In this document: piece after piece, positions 62,600 through 64,000 of the stretch
Layout of the letters: each line of letters opens with the position of its first letter
Position numbering within the stretch: position 1 is the first letter of the stretch
Source: Leucoraja ocellata
Taxonomy: Eukaryota
NCBI GenBank assembly: GCA_036785375.1
Contig: JAWMAR010000181.1
Location: forward strand, 1-64,000
Direction of reading: 5' to 3'
Length of the DNA: 64,000 bases
Notes under the pieces: model-generated
Told to the model about the DNA's origin: nothing
Seen by the model: only the letters and a program-made list of their open reading frames with translations
Database searches by the model: none
Program-made: the position numbers and the translations under genes

Positions 62600-63025
62600 G
62601 TATGCCCCTCTCGGTCATGACTGACCATGGGTGATGCATCCTGGTCAGATGCAAGCCTGGGCGATGTCATATAGAGGACGGACTGTTGCCCATGCAACAC
62701 GTCCCCCCTCTCCACGTCGCTGATCGATCCAAAGGAACAGCAGGGCCGTTACAGTTTGGCACCAGCGTTGTCGCAGGAGCTGCCAGAGCGCGGTTGTAGA
62801 CAACGACGAATTGCCTTAGGGGCTCCGACTCCGGATTTTCTTGAGGTTTACTCCTGGAGCCTTTTCCATGACTGGATATGGCCACAAGGCAGTGGAGGTT
62901 TTAAATCAGAGTTTTCCCTCTCCTAGATGAACTGCCTTCCCAGGCTGACGAGCCCCATCTGCCTGAGACTCATGGGGGCGGGAGCGTCTACCTTCCCGTG
63001 CAGGTCTATAGCACCTGCCCACTGC
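62600..63025 (-). mobile_element. Non-autonomous retroposon, probably derived from RTE/Vingi UTRs, with 10-bp TSD
   Basis: TCATAAACTA at 62590-62599 and 63026-63035. Minus-strand CATCTAGGAGAGGGAAAACTCTGATTTAAAACC resembles RTE/Vingi 5'UTR motifs (from memory). No A/B boxes seen. Confidence 0.6.
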
Positions 63026-63639
63026 TCATAAACTAATTATTACTTAAATACCTCAAATTTGCTTTGTGCACCATTTTGTGTGTCTGTGTTTCTTAGTCCC
63101 TATAAGCCCGTTGGTTCGAATGTTTACAACTATCCAGCTAAATATTTTAAACTATCTGTTTGCTTTCAGAATTCAATGCAATATTTATAACATTAGGATA
63201 AAGAGAGCCAATTTATTTATGCACATTAACATAACTTCATTGCCCCGAAAGCCATTTGAGACATTGCAAGTTTATGAAAGGCATCATTAAATGCAAGTTT
63301 TTTTACTATGGTTATTGAAGTTATGGAGTTTCTAATCAGAAATCCATAAAACAGCAAGAGGTGTGTTGTTAACTGCATTTTATTTTCTCCATCTGCTCTG
63401 TGTGCACACATGCACTAATATTTTCCTCTGTATATGGCACTTTAATTTAATGTTGCTTCAAGGAATCCTATTTAGGAAAAAAATACTTCAGATCTGAAGA
63501 TAAACAAAATAATCTGTTACCTAGCTAGTTAAATACTAATTACATTAAATTTGAAATTCTGCACATCACACTTGCTGAGATTACAAGATGTGCAGAATTC
63601 GTTTTACTGTTGCCTAAGTAATGTCCAACTCATAGTTTT

Positions 63640-63913
63640 GGGACAGAAGTTTAGGGGTAACATGAGGGGGAACTTCTTTACTCAGAGAGTGGTGGCTGTG
63701 TGGAATGAGCTTCCAGTGAAGGTGGTGGAGGCAGGTTCGTTTTTATCATTTAAAAATAAATTGGATAGTTATATGGACCGGAAAGGTATGGAGGGTTATG
63801 GTCTGAACGCAGGTGTATGGGACTAGGGGAGAATACATGTTTCGCACGGACTAGAAGGGTCGAGATGGCCTGTTTCCGTGCTGTAATTGTTATATGGTTA
63901 TATGGTTATATGG
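63640..63913 (+). mobile_element. CR1 lineage B 3' end
   Basis: GQKFRGNMRGNFFTQRVVAVWNELP; (TTATATGG)n tail. Confidence 0.92.
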
Positions 63914-64000
63914 TTTTTGAATGGTTGAAGAATTGAAGTAAAAGTTAGTACATAATGTGACAATCCAATTGATAAAATCAATAATATTTTCAAACAAGCC

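Overview
Repeat-dominated intergenic or intronic vertebrate DNA. The mix of V-SINE (HE1-like), CR1/HER1-like LINEs, Rex1/Babar, L2 and Penelope points to a cartilaginous fish, probably a skate or ray; this assignment is inferred. No host protein-coding gene is recognisable, and almost every ORF in the track is a transposon fragment or an antisense artefact. Main contents: (1) a near full-length, disabled CR1-clade LINE at 4078-8832 (-), with a zinc-finger/SGNH-esterase ORF1 joined to an APE-RT ORF2 by a TAATG stop-start overlap and a 16-bp minisatellite 5'UTR; (2) about 20 5'-truncated CR1 copies; (3) Penelope-like (Neptune-type) GIY-YIG fragments whose terminal repeat carries a minimal hammerhead-ribozyme-like core, including a TSD-flanked 94-bp ribozyme-only insertion; (4) Harbinger/PIF-type MITEs; (5) non-autonomous Helitrons; (6) a Gypsy LTR plus tRNA-Trp PBS inserted without a TSD; (7) GC-rich bipartite non-autonomous retroposons. 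Four short N gaps hide sequence. Repeat-free blocks (about 30.4-31.1, 34.8-35.5 and 49.3-53.1 kb) may hold conserved non-coding elements or non-coding exons. Element boundaries were read by eye and are approximate unless a TSD or TIR is quoted.
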